From Eledone cirrhosa (lineage: Eukaryota): DNA of 64,000 nucleotides. Below the pieces are notes generated by a model, which saw only the letters and a list, made by a program, of their open reading frames with translations, was not told the DNA's origin and searched no databases. The translations under genes and the position numbers were made by a program. The stretch is from NCBI GenBank assembly GCA_964016885.1, contig OZ024740.1:192200001-192264000 (forward strand). The letters run 5' to 3'. This document shows positions 28,219 to 43,639 of this stretch, one piece after another (within the stretch, counting starts at the first letter, position 1; the number at the start of each line of letters is the position of its first letter).

Positions 28219-30083
28219 CTCACGGGGCGAACTCCTCGCTTTCCGCTCCCTCCGTAGCCGAGATGACATCGTCATCAAACCGGCGGACAAGGGAGGCGCC
28301 GTAGTGGTATGGTGCGCGGACCTCTACACGGCCGAAGCCCTCGGGCAGCTCTGTAACCCCCTCTTTTACCGCCCTCTACCCTCCGATCCCACCCCCCTCT
28401 ACCAACAACAAGTCTCCTCCACCATCATAGACCTTATCGCCTCATCCCTCCCCCCCACTGCTTCCCACCTCATCGTCCGCACCCCCCGCACCCCCACCAT
28501 CTACTTCCTCCCCAAACTCCACAGACCCGACAACCCCGGCCGCCCCATCGTCTCCGCTTGCAACTGCACCACTGAACTCATCTCCGCCTTTCTCGACTCC
28601 CTCCTCGCCCCCCTTGTCACCACCCTCCCCTCCCACACCTCTGACACCAACCACGCCCTGCGCCTCTTCGACTCCTTCACCTACCTACCCGGCCCACAGC
28701 CCTTCCTCTTCACCCTAGACATCAAGTCCCTCTATAGAGTCATCCCCCACGCCGACGGCCTTCGCGCCCTCAAACACTACCTCGACCTTCGCCCCTCCCC
28801 CATCCTCCACCCCCACCCTCCTTCGCCTCGCTGAGCTGGTCCTCACCCTAAATTGTTTCTCCTTCTCGGGTGAGTTTTACCAACATGTCACGGGGGTAGC
28901 CATGGGCACAAGAATGGGCCCGAACTATGCCAACCTTTTTGTTGGCCATGTTGAGGCCCAAATCTTTGCCCAGTACACCGGCCCCACGCCCGAACTGTAC
29001 GGTCGTTACATTGACGACTGTATCGGAGCCACGACCCTCACCCGAGAACAGCTCGACTCCTATCTCTCCATCTTCTGCTCCTTCCACCCCTCCCTCCACT
29101 TCACCACCTATATCTCCACCACCCACGTCCACTTCTTAGACATCTCCGTCGCCTTCGACCCCTCCCACCACTCCCTCGTCACCTCCGCCTTCTTCAAACA
29201 CACCGACTCCCACTCTTACCTCAACTTCACCTCTTCCCACCCCACCCACACTAAACACTCCATTCCCTACTCCCAACTTCTCAGGATCCGCCGCCTCTGT
29301 AGCCGTGATGCTGACTTCGAGTCCCAGGCCCTTCCCTAGTCAGCCATTTCATCCGCAGAGGTTACCCCCCCCCCCCTCTCTCGTCTACACCGCTCTCACC
29401 CGCGCCCGTGCTGTCCCCCGCTCCACCACCCTCACCCCACGCCACCGCACAAACACCCACCGTCTCCCCTTTCCCATCACCTACGACCCCTCCACCTTAC
29501 CCCTCCACCGCACCATCCGCCGCCTCTTCCGACGCCTCCAGTCCGACCCCTCCACCTCCCACATCTTACCAACCCCACCACTCCCCTCCTTCAAACGCGC
29601 ACGCAATCTCCGCACCCTCCTTGTCCACAGCTCCCTGCCCCCCAACCCACGCTCTGTTCCCCCCCTCGGTTCCTTTCCCTGTTCTAGGCCCTGCTGTAAC
29701 ACCTGTCCCCACATCACCAACACCAACACCTTCCAGGGTCCCGACGGCCACTCTCTCTCGTCCGGCATGCCTTCCGCTGCACCTCCTCCAACCTCGTCTA
29801 CGGACTTCGCTGCACGGAGTGCTGCGCAACTTATGTCGGACAGACGGGACGTCGCCTGGCGGACCGAGTCACGGAGCACCTCCAGGATATTCGTCTCGGG
29901 AGCAGTTCCCCCATCGCCCGCCACTTTGGTGGCCCTGGACACTCCGCACGCCATCTCTCAGTCTGTGGCCTACTCCAGTGCCACGGAACACCCGCCCATC
30001 GCCTTACGGTCGAACAACGAACTATGTTCATCTTCCAGACCCACACTCCCCTCGGTTTGAACTCCCCACCCTTATTCCTTTAG
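28219..30083 (+). pseudogene. Frameshifted PLE RT + Cys linker + GIY-YIG endonuclease
   Basis: IVIKPADKGGAVVV, YFLPKLH, PGRPIVS, TLDIKSLY, GVAMGTRMGPNYANLF, RYIDD, FLDI, CSRPCCNTC. A third frame then reads CTSSNLVYGLRCTECCATYVGQTGRRLADRVTEH...GLN with a stop at 30081-30083. Confidence 0.95.
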
Positions 30084-31555
30084 CGTTCGACCGCCCCCTC
30101 CCCCACACTTATCCCCCACTAACACCACTAACCCACCCCTCCTTTTCACCGCCTACTCCACACTAACAATAATAACACCTCCACTCCACCCCTCATCTGA
30201 CCAACGTTCCCCAACTAACATACTAACATCCCTTCCCTCCCCTCTTCTCCTCCTCCCCCTCCTTATCACACGCACACACCCACCAGCACATATATACACG
30301 CGCTCACACTAAACACACACCCTACTACCACCACTAACCCTCACCCCACACCTCTCACCCCCACACCACCATCCCACCACCCCGCAACTAACCTCACTAA
30401 CACCCCCTAACCCCAAGCACACGAACACACGCACCCACGTACACCACCCACCTCACACGCAACTAACATCACTAACACCCCCCAACCCCACGCACACGTA
30501 CCCACACACCCACGTACACCACCAACTCCACACACCCTACCACCACTTACCCCCACTCACACCTGCATTCAACCCCTCCCCACCTCCCGTATACTAACAC
30601 CCACTAACACCTCTTCCTCAAACTACACACACACCAGTACACCACACTCCCTCCATAGAACCACACACACCCTTCTCTCCCCGCTCCACCCACACCCTGG
30701 CTCCACACTCACTCATCCCACTAACACCCCTACTAATACACACACACACACCCTCCTCACTCCAACTTTCACACCTACCCATCCTCGCCCCCTTACCATT
30801 CCACCGACTGCTGCTATGCCCTCTGACCACCTCCCAGCACTAACAGACCACAGAACTCCCACTGCTGACCACTTCCTGTTGCGCGCGCACCCACATCTCT
30901 CCTGTTCCGACCACCGCTTCATGGATTACCCACACGCAGAAATTGACTTACAACCAATCCACTAAACATCCTTGGAATTTACCAACTTTTCAACCATCCT
31001 CTTACGTAATCACCTATATAACTCCCCCACACACACAACCCAACAAATTTTTTTTCTCCACACGCCACCCACACCGACAACAAGCTTAAACCCCCCACAC
31101 ACGTGCTTTCCACCACATATTTACACCCTCAGCCTCCTGATTCCTCTCCCCCCACCCGCTTATCCACACACGCACAGACACTCCGACCCACAAAAACACC
31201 CCCACACACACCTCTTCCTGAACATGCAACCCCGTTCTTCCCCCAACCCTTACTTTCACATACACACCCACACACACGCACACCTACACACACACACCAC
31301 CTTCAGCCCTGCCCGCTCGGACACCCCGTCTCCCTCTCCCCACTCCTACTACTCACCCCACACCCTTCCACCACCTGTTTACCCCCCTTTTAATTTCAGT
31401 TTATTTTGATCATGCCTTTATTTTAAATTTATCTCATTCCTTGCATTTTGATCATGCTTTATTTTTATTTTTATCTCTATTTGTTATTTTTTCATTCGCA
31501 TCGTTTCCTTTCGCTATATGTCTCTCCACCACTCCCCTACACAACTTTTGAACTC
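28219..31555 (+). mobile_element. 5'-truncated Penelope-like element (Neptune-like), extremely C-rich, with long 3' region
   Basis: Starts at a (TA)n tract, followed by RT and EN remnants and about 1.4 kb of C/A-rich sequence. The 3' boundary is approximate. Confidence 0.85.
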
Positions 31556-31564
31556 TGTTCCCTC

Positions 31565-31690
31565 TGTTAACGGGATCTTCTGAAAATAAAAAAGTCAATC
31601 TATTACCGCAGATGTAAATATGTAGAAAAACGTTGCAACCGAAGGAAAACAGGAAGACGATACATTGGTGCACCTGGCAATGAACGGAAA
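31565..31690 (-). mobile_element. Internal fragment of the Helitron family at 41988-43328
   Basis: taacgggatcttctgaaa...aaaaacgttgcaaccga.ggaaaacaggaagacga matches 42621-42680 and 42850-42931. Confidence 0.7.
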
Positions 31691-32001
31691 AAAGCGAAGA
31701 TACTACGTCGTTATGTGGAACGATGAGAACAATTACACGCAAAGTCAATACCACGTTTATGTAATAAATGAAGCTGTAGACTAATATTCTAATTTAGGAA
31801 ACCGAATGATTCTCGGGTTCAGAGTTAAGAATAATGTAAATATGCGTACATACATATACGTACATACACATGTATACGCGAAAACACCCGACATACATGC
31901 ATATAACAGCACGTACACATAAACACGCGCACACTTACATAAACCTACGCGACACCTGTACCCTCACGCATAAAAAAAAAAATATATATATATGTGTGTG
32001 C

Positions 32002-32100
<99 letters not shown>

Positions 32101-32932
32101 TGTTATATAAACGTATATAAATATACACACGTAAATACGTATATAACGCAGGCACACACATAGCTACAGGTAAATTCACATATATTCACTAAACATACGT
32201 CAACCAACACACAAAGTACACATATACACACCTTACATACGTGCAAACATGTATACACACACAAACACAAAATACGCATATACTCATAACCATATACACA
32301 TATACACAAAATATGCATATATACACATAACACGCATATACAAATGAACCAGTATATATAATATACACCTATAACAAATACAGGCAAACATACGTACGAG
32401 AAACTATACGTAGCTTCATAAAACATACGGGTAAGATATACTTACCTCTACAAATAAGTAATAGTGTAAACATAAAATATACTTAGCTACCACATCAAGA
32501 CGTAAATTATCCGCGTATTATTCGTACTATCTGTTAGGGTATAATGTGGGGCTGTAATACATGAAGGTTCTATGCAATTTATGTTTACAAGCCGAAATTG
32601 CCTCAGATTTGTTGTTTAAGATGTGGTCATTGGGGTAGGGTATTTCCAGGGCTTCAGCGGCGCAAAGATCGCATGGCCTTATATTTCCATTATACGATCT
32701 AGCCCTAGCTAGGATCTGCCAGTGTAACCTCTATTGGGTGTGTTTGTCTTTTATACTCCAGTTATAAGCTGAAAGTGACGTCATATTCCTTGTTAAATGG
32801 TTAAGAAAAGAATGGGTGTGCTTGTAAAGACGCGGCTTGAATCTTATATATTTGATATATATAATCCTCTTTAGATTTTAATCTTCTAATTTATTTATTA
32901 TGCTTTGAAGCATACAGTTACCTCCCTGTATG

Positions 32933-33052
32933 ATCTGAGTTCAAATCCCGCCGAGGTTAACTTTGCCTTACATCCTTCCGGGGTCGATAGAATAAAGTAC
33001 CAGTAAAGCATTGGGTAATTGCTGGCCTTGTGCCAAAAGTAGAAACAATTAT
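32933..33052 (+). mobile_element. SINE family 1, 5'-truncated
   Basis: tctgagttcaaatcccgccgaggttaactttgcc...ggggtcgata...gtagaaacaatt. Confidence 0.88.
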
Positions 33053-33107
33053 TATTAGTATATATGTATATATGTGAGTGTGTGTGTGCGTGTGTGGGGG
33101 GGGGGGG

Positions 33108-33147
<40 letters not shown>

Positions 33148-33163
33148 TGTGTGTGCGGGGCGC

Positions 33164-33226
<63 letters not shown>

Positions 33227-33792
33227 TATTATGAAATGGATTGGATTCAAAACATTAAAAGCTGTGGTTGGTAAATACCATCGGTAACAATCAAGTAAAA
33301 TATGTATTATATGCGTCCCCGATGGAAATTTGGTAGGATCTATATGCATATCTGTCATCAAGATTCTTAGTTGTAATTGGAAAATCTTGGCAAGTGCTTA
33401 TTTGAGTTATAATAAATAGCAGCTAAATCTCTTTCAAGTCCCAATTATTGTAATATATGTATAGGAAAGGGCAAATTAGATAATGCATTATATACAACAA
33501 GATCGCGTTGATGTGGCCAATGGCACTAACGATCAATGTGTATTTTCTATGTATTCAGTTTTGTACTACAACTAAACAGTCATGACAACAACGGAACAGC
33601 ATTTTAAGTATGAAGCAAGAATGATAGATCTGAGTGGGCATTCAACGTGATTTGATATCAGGCATACATCTTTCAATTCGAAGTCCAAATGAAATAATGT
33701 GAGGCTGAGATATTGTACTAGTTGATCTTAAAGAGGCAGGACGTTAAAAATCGTCATTTCTTTGGTCACACGTTATTGTCTATCGGGATTAA

Positions 33793-34566
33793 TCTATATA
33801 TATAAAACTGTGGTTGTCTGTCTGTCTATCGATTTGTGGCACACATCTCCTCTTAGAATCTCTCACGGAATTGCACCGAAATTGCTAGACTTGTACATTG
33901 AGCCCTAGCGAAGACATCGGAAAAAAAAAATTTCAAATTGACCCACCCTATGTGACGAAATCGAATATAATGTATCGATTTTTGAGCGTAAGTTATCAGT
34001 TATTTCCCTTTGTTCTGTTTACATTGAGCGTCTTACGTAAAAAATTACGCTGGCTTTCTCAGCGTTTAAAATGACATTAACACAATACACGAACATTCGA
34101 ACACTAAGCTTCCGTTTTGCTTCATTTCCATTTAAAAGCATTTTAAAACAATATTTTTACTTGAAAACAAGTCTATTTAAAGACTACGTAAAACAAGCAA
34201 ATATTTCAGGCGTGCAGACAGACAGTCGTGCAGAGAGGTGATATAGGCGTGCAGGCAGACATAACTGATAATTTGGTTACGCTAATGTTTTTCTCTGCGT
34301 TGCAGTGTTTACATTTTCGATCTTTGTTAATAAATAACCAGTGCAGTTTTTATCCCCAGCATCCTCTTTTGTTATAACATTCGGGTTATCGTTATGTTTT
34401 CTTAACTTCATAAGGCATATTGTTGGTTGAGGGAATATTAATCAAAAACACCACATGCAAGTCTGCACAGTAGACACTACAGTTTTTAAGCCAAAAAAGA
34501 AACTTAACATTGTAACTTTAACACAGCTACTGAGCGACCCCGAGCAACGCCGGGCTTTACTGCTAG
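33793..34566 (+). mobile_element. Non-autonomous Helitron
   Basis: 5' A|TCtatatatataaaa followed by (gtct)n. 3' hairpin cccgagcaacgccggg then CTAG|T. No TSD. Confidence 0.85.
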
Positions 34567-35747
34567 TATGCAATAAAATAACAACGAATACAAAGCTTTT
34601 CATTACGAAGAGTGGAAACTCTTCGTGTTCATCGGACCAGTATTAATTTGAAATTGCCCACTAGAGCCATTAAACACATGAAATATTTCAAGTGTTAGAT
34701 AATTAGAAAAAAAAATGCTGATGAAATGTTCTGGTACAAGGGCTCAATTAGCCATACCATTGCCAATATTGATATGTAGTTAAAGAACGGTGGTTTAAAG
34801 AGCCTCATGTTAGGATAACTCTAGCTGATGCTGCTGGTAATTATATCTCAATTGACTGCACTGGATCAACGTGAAATTAGGTTACATGCACAATGTGCAG
34901 CGCATCACGAAAGCAGTGAATCAATTCTATTAACTAAACGCTCCTAGGATTAACACCGTATCCAATAGGCCATATTCCTATATTACATACAATATATCCT
35001 AAAATCCTAGGATCTCATCGCCGGGCGTGCGTTAACATGATCATGGCATATGTAATATAAATAGTAGCAACACTTTCAGATAATTTGCAAATATGGTAGC
35101 GCAAGTGTGACATCAATAGTTACAAGTAGAGCTCGTTTTGTATAACACAGAAGTACTATTATGAAATATCGGTATGGAACAACATTCATGCCACGACATA
35201 TAAGACTATGTTGTTGCTTGATACCTAGAACAACAGTTTACTTTAGATATACAGCCTACATTTGTAACGGGCTGTTTCTCTACCTGAAGCAAATGATAAC
35301 CAAATGTTATCGAATTTATTCCCTTTCATCTTAAAAAGGACAGAAACATTGGATAATGTAGTTTTTTTTCATCATTGTGAAAATAAAGCTCAACATAGTA
35401 TTTACGATACCAAAGTCATTAATCAATGGTCGCTTAGATCAAAGGTTAGCGAAATGCTAGCAATTGACACATACAGTTTAGATTCAATTCTGAAGTAGAT
35501 ACACATTGAATAAAAGCAAAGATGTGAAGTTACTGAATCTATGCAAGTCATAGATCGGCGAGACCAAGGATTACATGAAAGATCACATGAATCCTTATGG
35601 AATTGTAGGAAAACGGCTTTTCTAGAGCATTTTATAAGTACGGAGCCCATCTTTCAGCATGTCTGATCACAGCAGATTTCTTACAGAGAAAGATAGAAAG
35701 TGAGAGAGGGGAATTGAGAAAGACATATACAAGAAGAATCGATCCTA

Positions 35748-35900
35748 GTACTAGAATGTTACTTATTTTGTCGACAGCAAAAGCTTGAAAGGCAAAGATT
35801 ACTTCGGCAAGATTTTATTTGAAATCAGAGTAGAGAGCCCAATTGAATATCGCGAAATATTCTCTGCGACCTTCTAACGGCTCTGCAAATTTGTTGCCTT
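35748..35900 (-). mobile_element. Old SINE family 1-like copy
   Basis: ttattttgtcgac...tgaaaggcaaagattacttcggcaaga...tttgaaatcaga. Confidence 0.5.
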
Positions 35901-37055
35901 GGATTGAAGATTAAGTATAGTTAAACAACAACATTACCTGATATATATTAGTCAACACTAGCCCATAGAAATTTAGATACAATATTAATATTCAGAATTT
36001 ATTCTTCCGTATATGTTTATATCCAGGTGCTACTTGAGACTACATGACAAGAACAACACCATCCTTACAACCAACGACATTTCTAAATTCTGAAGATACT
36101 TTGGCTCTGAAGATAATTTTTTAAATAAAATTAAACACTCAGGTACTTAACACGTAAGATCATGAACCTGAATTTTCAAGGAAGGTATATTGGCCATTAT
36201 TTCTTTTTTTACTTATATGCAGCCAATTGACGTTGGTTGGCACCAAGAATAACGTTTTGTGCATTTGCTCTGTGACATTACGGTCTGATGTTAAATCCCG
36301 CCTTTTAACAACTTTCGTCTTCTTGATATCAAAAGTTTAAATATCAGACCCAAAATGGTGAAGTGACGTAATTGTTAAAGTGTCTAACAGAGTTACTAGG
36401 AATATGTCTTCTGTCTATGTGGGATCTAACTTCAAATACCTCTATAAGACACGGACATTTCCGTGACCATGTACCATGAGTTGTAGACGTCATATAGTCT
36501 CAAGAATGAAAAGTTCGGTGGAAACACTATTTCAGTAATCGGACCTAGAATATCACTTCAATTCATTTCGTTAATCTTGTGTTCAAACTCAATGTTTCTT
36601 GAAAATATTGTTAGGGGGTCGAATCAGTACTACTGAAGCAGAACTTTGATGAATGGCATTCTCATTTCAAAACACCGCCTAATTTTATTTGTGTATCCAG
36701 GATTACATTGTCAACTGTCCCTTTCCTCTCGTAAGACATCATTTAAGAAAGTCTTGCTGATCAAGCCATCACGTAAAAGCACGGATATTGATTTGCTTTT
36801 AATCTTCGTGTTGCTGATGCTATTGATGTTCTTGTTTGTCTGAGGAATGATCAATGACGTTCCTTCTGATGATTCGTTTTTCGAAATAGCTTATGACAGT
36901 ATAAATTATTAGAGAGGTACTTTCTCTTTTATTGTATTAAGTGACTTGACTGCAATTAAGCGCATATTTATTGCGAATCCATGAGACACATAGCTTTTGT
37001 TTTATTGTTTGCATTTGCAATCCGTGATATCCATAGGTGAATAGAAATTGGGTAT

Positions 37056-37281
37056 TATCGACCGTCGATCGCCTTTCGTCAAATCGGACCGAGGAAACAA
37101 TGCTTCCATTGGTCTTTCCAATTGCGAATACTTTCTATCGGTCGCAACTCTAGGGAGAAGGTGGCAACGTCAAATAAAGTGTCTTGCCCAAGGACATAAC
37201 GCATCGCCCGGTCCAGGAATCGAACTCACAACCGCACCATTGAGAGTCCAATTCTTTTACCACTCAGCAACGTGCCTTCAC
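37056..37281 (-). mobile_element. Full-length tRNA-derived SINE (family 2)
   Basis: The reverse complement aligns end to end with 53849-54072, and A/B boxes are present. Confidence 0.88.
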
Positions 37282-37412
37282 TTGGGTACTATGACTGGTA
37301 TTTATTTCTACATTGTCTTAGAGCTCATATTGGACCGTTATTCGCCTGATGTAGCGGCATGCATATCGTCATGTAAACATGGTAGCCGGTTATGAAACAC
37401 CAGTAATCAGTA

Positions 37413-37860
37413 CCTTCTTTTTCTTCAATCGCCCACATATTTCTGAGAGGTTCATGGAGGCAGAGTCCTCAAACACTCATTCCAGTGTATCTTGTCAAAG
37501 GTAACTGTTTCCAACTGAAACGACTGGATCAACAATAGAGAACAGCCAAGTTCATAGTTTCAAAAAATAAAAGAGCCATTTCGTGGAATGTCAAGATACT
37601 CGGATAATCAATACTGGGAGAACTGAAGTGTTATCATCGGGAGGCAAGTTCATCAAATAATATGGGATAAGAGGTAAACTTTGACACACATACCTGATCA
37701 CTGTTAGAATGTATATGTGAACAACCTGTTGAATTGCCAGATATTTATCTACACAAAAAAGGACTGTTTGCATACACATTATAAAATCATGCCGCATAAA
37801 AAGCCCCATGGTGTAAGCAGCATGGGGCAGCTCCAATATTGCATGAGCATTTTCTATACA
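37413..37860 (-). mobile_element. Old RTE LINE 3' fragment
   Basis: The 3' end (tttctgagagg..catggaggcagagtcctcaaacactc) resembles 39385-39435 and has a ttc-repeat tail. The distal extent is approximate. Confidence 0.55.
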
Positions 37861-38198
37861 GTGTGTTCCTTAAATGCTTTGAGCTGAACAGGACGATTCT
37901 TTTACTGCTACTACTAGCGTCAATATATAACCGTCGTATCGTCGTGATACACTGAGTAGAAAATGAAGAACAAGTATTTTATTTGGATCAAAACAAAATA
38001 ATTGTTATTCAACCGACAACGAACATAACCGAAAAATATAAGTTGAATCCCTTACTTTAGAAAGGACAGACGAGCACCAAAACAGTCAGTCGCAGAGCAA
38101 CGAAAGAACATCACAAAAAGATGTTTATGATAACGTAAGAGAAAGCATGCACGATAAAAACCAAATGTTTGCACATGTTATAAAGATCTCTTTTATTT

Positions 38199-38304
<106 letters not shown>

Positions 38305-39366
38305 AATATATATATGAAAAAATATATATATGAAAAACTGAATCCTCCGTTCGATCATGAATACCACGAGTTTGTCAGTCACGTAAGTCTGATATTTGAT
38401 TTCGGATTCAAATAATCACTTTAAACGATTGATCGTTTGATTTGTCCAGGTGTATTTTTCTCAACCTGATTAGCTCTATCGTTACTTTGGTAAAATATTG
38501 TGTGTTAGATTCGCCTAACACAATGTTCGAATTGTCAAGCTATTTAAACGTATTTTAAACGTAGGTTATTACTCGAAGGCCCCAACTTATCGAGTGCTTT
38601 GCTAACTCATCATTTCATATACGTAGGCCGAATTTACTTGCAAATCGCCAGAGATTCAATTTTACTATTTTCCAATTATATATATATATATATGTGTGTG
38701 TGTGTATATATATATGTATATATATACATTTATCATACACTGTTAGATGGAATCCTCACTTGCCATCGACAGTATTTGTCCTAATCAATATGCTATGAAT
38801 AACGAAATGAATTCTATGCACTTTTTGTTACCTTGTTTCCAGGCAAGTTAATATCATTTTACTTCCATGTATGTGATTTTTATAATGTAAATATTTGTCA
38901 ATATGTGTGCCTATTAATAGCAGGCATTTCATAAATATGTCATTCCGTCCGGAAATAATAATCTTTCACGCATGCCAACTTGAAAATAACTATAGTAAAT
39001 TGATAGAAATTAAACTGTAAAACTGCAAAACATATTTTAAATTACACAAACCGCATTAATTCTCATACTATTTTCGTTCAAAGGGAAGCAGTGATAATTC
39101 TAATCTGTAGTGAGGCTGATGAAACCGCGAAACTTGTTCAGTTTTAAATCTAATAAGCGATAAACATTGAAGCATGAATTGAAATAATGAGAATAGTGTG
39201 ACACAGATATTGGAATTCAACAACGCTGCAGAATGTAAATACCTGGGGAGAGAGTTCTGAATAATGCGGGCGGGTTTCTGCTAGCATATGTAGTGTGCAT
39301 ATTGGTATTACACGCAAATATATATGCATATAGATATATGTAAATTGAAAAGTAAACTGAGAATAT

Positions 39367-40010
39367 CTTCTTCTTCACCTACTTATTTCTGAGAGGGTCG
39401 TGAGGGCAGAGTCCTTCTCAAACACTCCTTCCAGCGAGTATGTCAGTAGCAAACATCTCTAACTAATCCAGCTGGATCCCAAAGCATGACCAGCCAAACT
39501 CATGGATGTTATCTTGCTCAGGGTCTACACCTGGGTCTCTTGCCGGTTGGTTTTGCTCGTAAAATGTGTCCAGCCAATCTTTACTGAGACATTGTAACCA
39601 CGTGCTCATTATATCGGAGTTGTGATCTCTCAATTCGGAGAAGTAGCGGCTCTACCAGGAGTGACTCTCTGGTCTCTGAGTTATGAACTTTATCGAGTAA
39701 CGTTACTCCGAAGACCCTTCGGAGGAATCCCATTTCTGCCAATTTTATTTGCAATTGTATTCTTTTGGTCATTACTCAAGATTCATGATCTTCGGTAAGA
39801 GTTGGCAGGAATACCAGGAAGACAGCGAGTTTGGCTATTACACCTACCCCATTCATCTGATTGCTGAGGCTGGAGCTTTAATGCATCAGCTTTTTTTAAT
39901 TCTTGCACTTAATTCAGTCTCCTGCATTCCATCACTCATGAAGACGGCTCCAATATACTTGAACTTCTCTAACTGCTTCAGTAGAACTCCATTCACATGT
40001 ATATACATTG
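39367..40010 (-). mobile_element. RTE-clade LINE 3' fragment
   Basis: LKQLEKFKYIGAVFMSDG...ELSARI and AEMGFLRRVFGVTLLDKVHNSETRESLLVEPLLLRIERSQLRY, with a (GAA)n tail at 39367. Confidence 0.9.
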
Positions 40011-40959
40011 AGGGACTTCTGTCCACCCGTCCATCACAATGTGTATGTGTGTTTGTGTGAATGTATGTGTGTATAAAAGGAAGGAAAGGGATACACACAT
40101 ATATGTCACTAACTTAAAAACAGTGACACACACAAACGTGTCTCTAATTTAAGAACGCCGACAAACTCATGCACGCGCACATACACACACTGTTCTATCA
40201 CTACTAAAGAGCTTTCGCCCGGGAAAACATCTCCTCAATTTTGGAACCATCTGGGTTGTCCTGAATTGATGAGAAACTTGACGGTCTTACTCTGAGCTCC
40301 TGGTCAAGAGGCAGGTGCCTTACCTGGGACGCCACAGTTAATAACTCTTTAGCTTCTTCCCACATTATGGATGCAGAGGTAAGGGCGAGAGCTACAACAT
40401 TCGCAGCTGAACGGAACAAAATCCTAAAATACCGTGTTCTGTCAGCTAAATACATTATCCAACCTGTGGCGTTCGAGAAGTTCGGGGGAGTCGGGCTACG
40501 GACAGCGATCTTTTGATCTTCATTGGCGGCTCGCCAAACAAAGTTAACTGGTAATACTCGGAGCGCACTTTGTTGTTCCAGCACCTCAGCCTCGCCTCAA
40601 CCCAGGTAACGATGCCAGCTTGTTGGACTGCCTCAAAAATTATTAGTGAGGTTTCCCAGTGCTCCTGGCTATATTGCTATCTTTTGCTCTGTAGCGGCTC
40701 GTTTTTCCACCCCTTGCGTCTGCATTTTGTTATATGGGGTCTAAAATGTGTGTATTACCTGCTTGTGTATTTGTTCTTTCTTTTTTCCCTTTCCGTTTCC
40801 TTTGTATATATTATATTTGTTAGTGTTTTCGTTCTGTAACCATTATATTAAATGAGTTTATAAAAAAGAGTTAACAAATAATTAAAGAGTTAATAAATAA
40901 TTAAATAAAACGTTATATTTGTTTTTACCCTCCCTCTCCAATTAATATTAATGATATCA

Positions 40960-41290
40960 TGACTGTATATGTGTGTTTGTGTAAATGTATAAGTGTGAAT
41001 GAATGTATGTTTGTGTAAATGTATATGTGTGAATGTATATATATTTATGTGAAAGTATGTGTGAATGTATGTTTGTGTGAAAGTATGTGTGATAGTATGT
41101 ATGTTTGTGTAAATGTATATGTGTCAATGTATGTATATGTGTGTGAAATTGTGTGTGGATGTATGTGTATTTGTGTGAAAGTATGTGTGAATGTGTGTAT
41201 GTTAGTGTAAGCATGTGTGAATGTATGTATATTTGAGTGAATGTAAGTGTGAATGTATGTATATTTGTGTGAAATTGTGTATTTGTCTGA
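40960..41290. repeat. Degenerate GT/AT-rich minisatellite-like array (tgtgtgaatgta/tgtgtgaaagta units)
   Basis: Direct reading. Confidence 0.75.
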
Positions 41291-41613
41291 ACTATGTCCC
41301 TGAGAGTGTATTTTTATAAGTTTGTGTTTGCGCGATTATAGTTATATACTCATAAAAGTTATATACTAATACACATAGATAGATGTATTTATGTGCACAA
41401 TCATACGCGTCAGCGTGTAGAAGGTCATAATCTCTCTATCTCCCTCATCATAAACTCTCTCTTTCTATATATATATTGGTAGTTGAAGTGGGGTGGTGGC
41501 GAACATATACCGAAAGTGCAACTTTGAAAAGAAGTCAATTTTAAATTATTTATTTTTACGAAATGATTTTTGTTTGCGAAATTGAGTAGATAAATTATGT
41601 AATATTCATTCAT

Positions 41614-41903
41614 TGCCTTTCATCCTTACGGGGTCGATAATATAAAGTACCAGTAATGCACTGGGTAATTGCTGGCTTTGTGCCAAACGTAGAAACAATT
41701 ATTTATTCAACAAAGTGTGGGGGATTGGCAATATCAGTAGAAGGTCGGACGCCATGCTTTCCAGCATAGTTACGTCCCTTCGGTCTGAGTTCAAATCCCG
41801 CCAAGGTTAACTTTGCCTTTCATCCTTACGGGGTAGATAAAATAAAGTACCAGTAATGCACTGGGTATTTGCTGGCCTTGTGCCAAAAGTAGAAACAATT
41901 ATT
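41614..41903 (+). mobile_element. Tandem SINE family 1: 3' half (41614-41700) plus full copy (41714-41903)
   Basis: ttgccttttcatccttacgggg...gtagaaacaattatttattcaa occurs twice. The second copy has A/B boxes. Confidence 0.9.
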
Positions 41904-41987
41904 TATTCAAAGTAATCCAACTTATTTTACAAACGGGATAAAAAAAAATAAACCGTATGCAATCCCGCAGACCTCCTTTATTTTAGA

Positions 41988-43328
<1,341 letters not shown>

Positions 43329-43639
43329 TGAGTAAAAACGGAAGGTCTCTTTACGAATGTGTGAAATCTAAAACCAACGATCTCAAGCAGGTGACAAAAA
43401 CGGCAGTGCTTGAATTTGAACGGCGGATAGCAACCAACCTTGGCAGTAAGGTGTTCTGTAAATATATACACTGAAAGCAGAGGCCATATTCTCCAGTTGG
43501 TTCTCTTCGCAATCCCCACACAAGCCAGAATACTGACGAGCCCACGGAATGCTCAGAACTCATTGCTGAATGCTATGCCGGCTTTTTCACTGTTGAAGAC
43601 TAAAATGTACCATCTCCACCACCTCTGACATCAAATTCC

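Noticed and set aside
28442-31283. Gly/Val-rich minus-strand and Pro-rich alternative-frame ORFs over the C-rich PLE
   Set aside because: By-product of extreme C skew suppressing stop codons.
39116-39145. CTGATGA-aaccgc-GAAAC-ttgtt hammerhead-like string
   Set aside because: No stem I and no real stem II could be formed.
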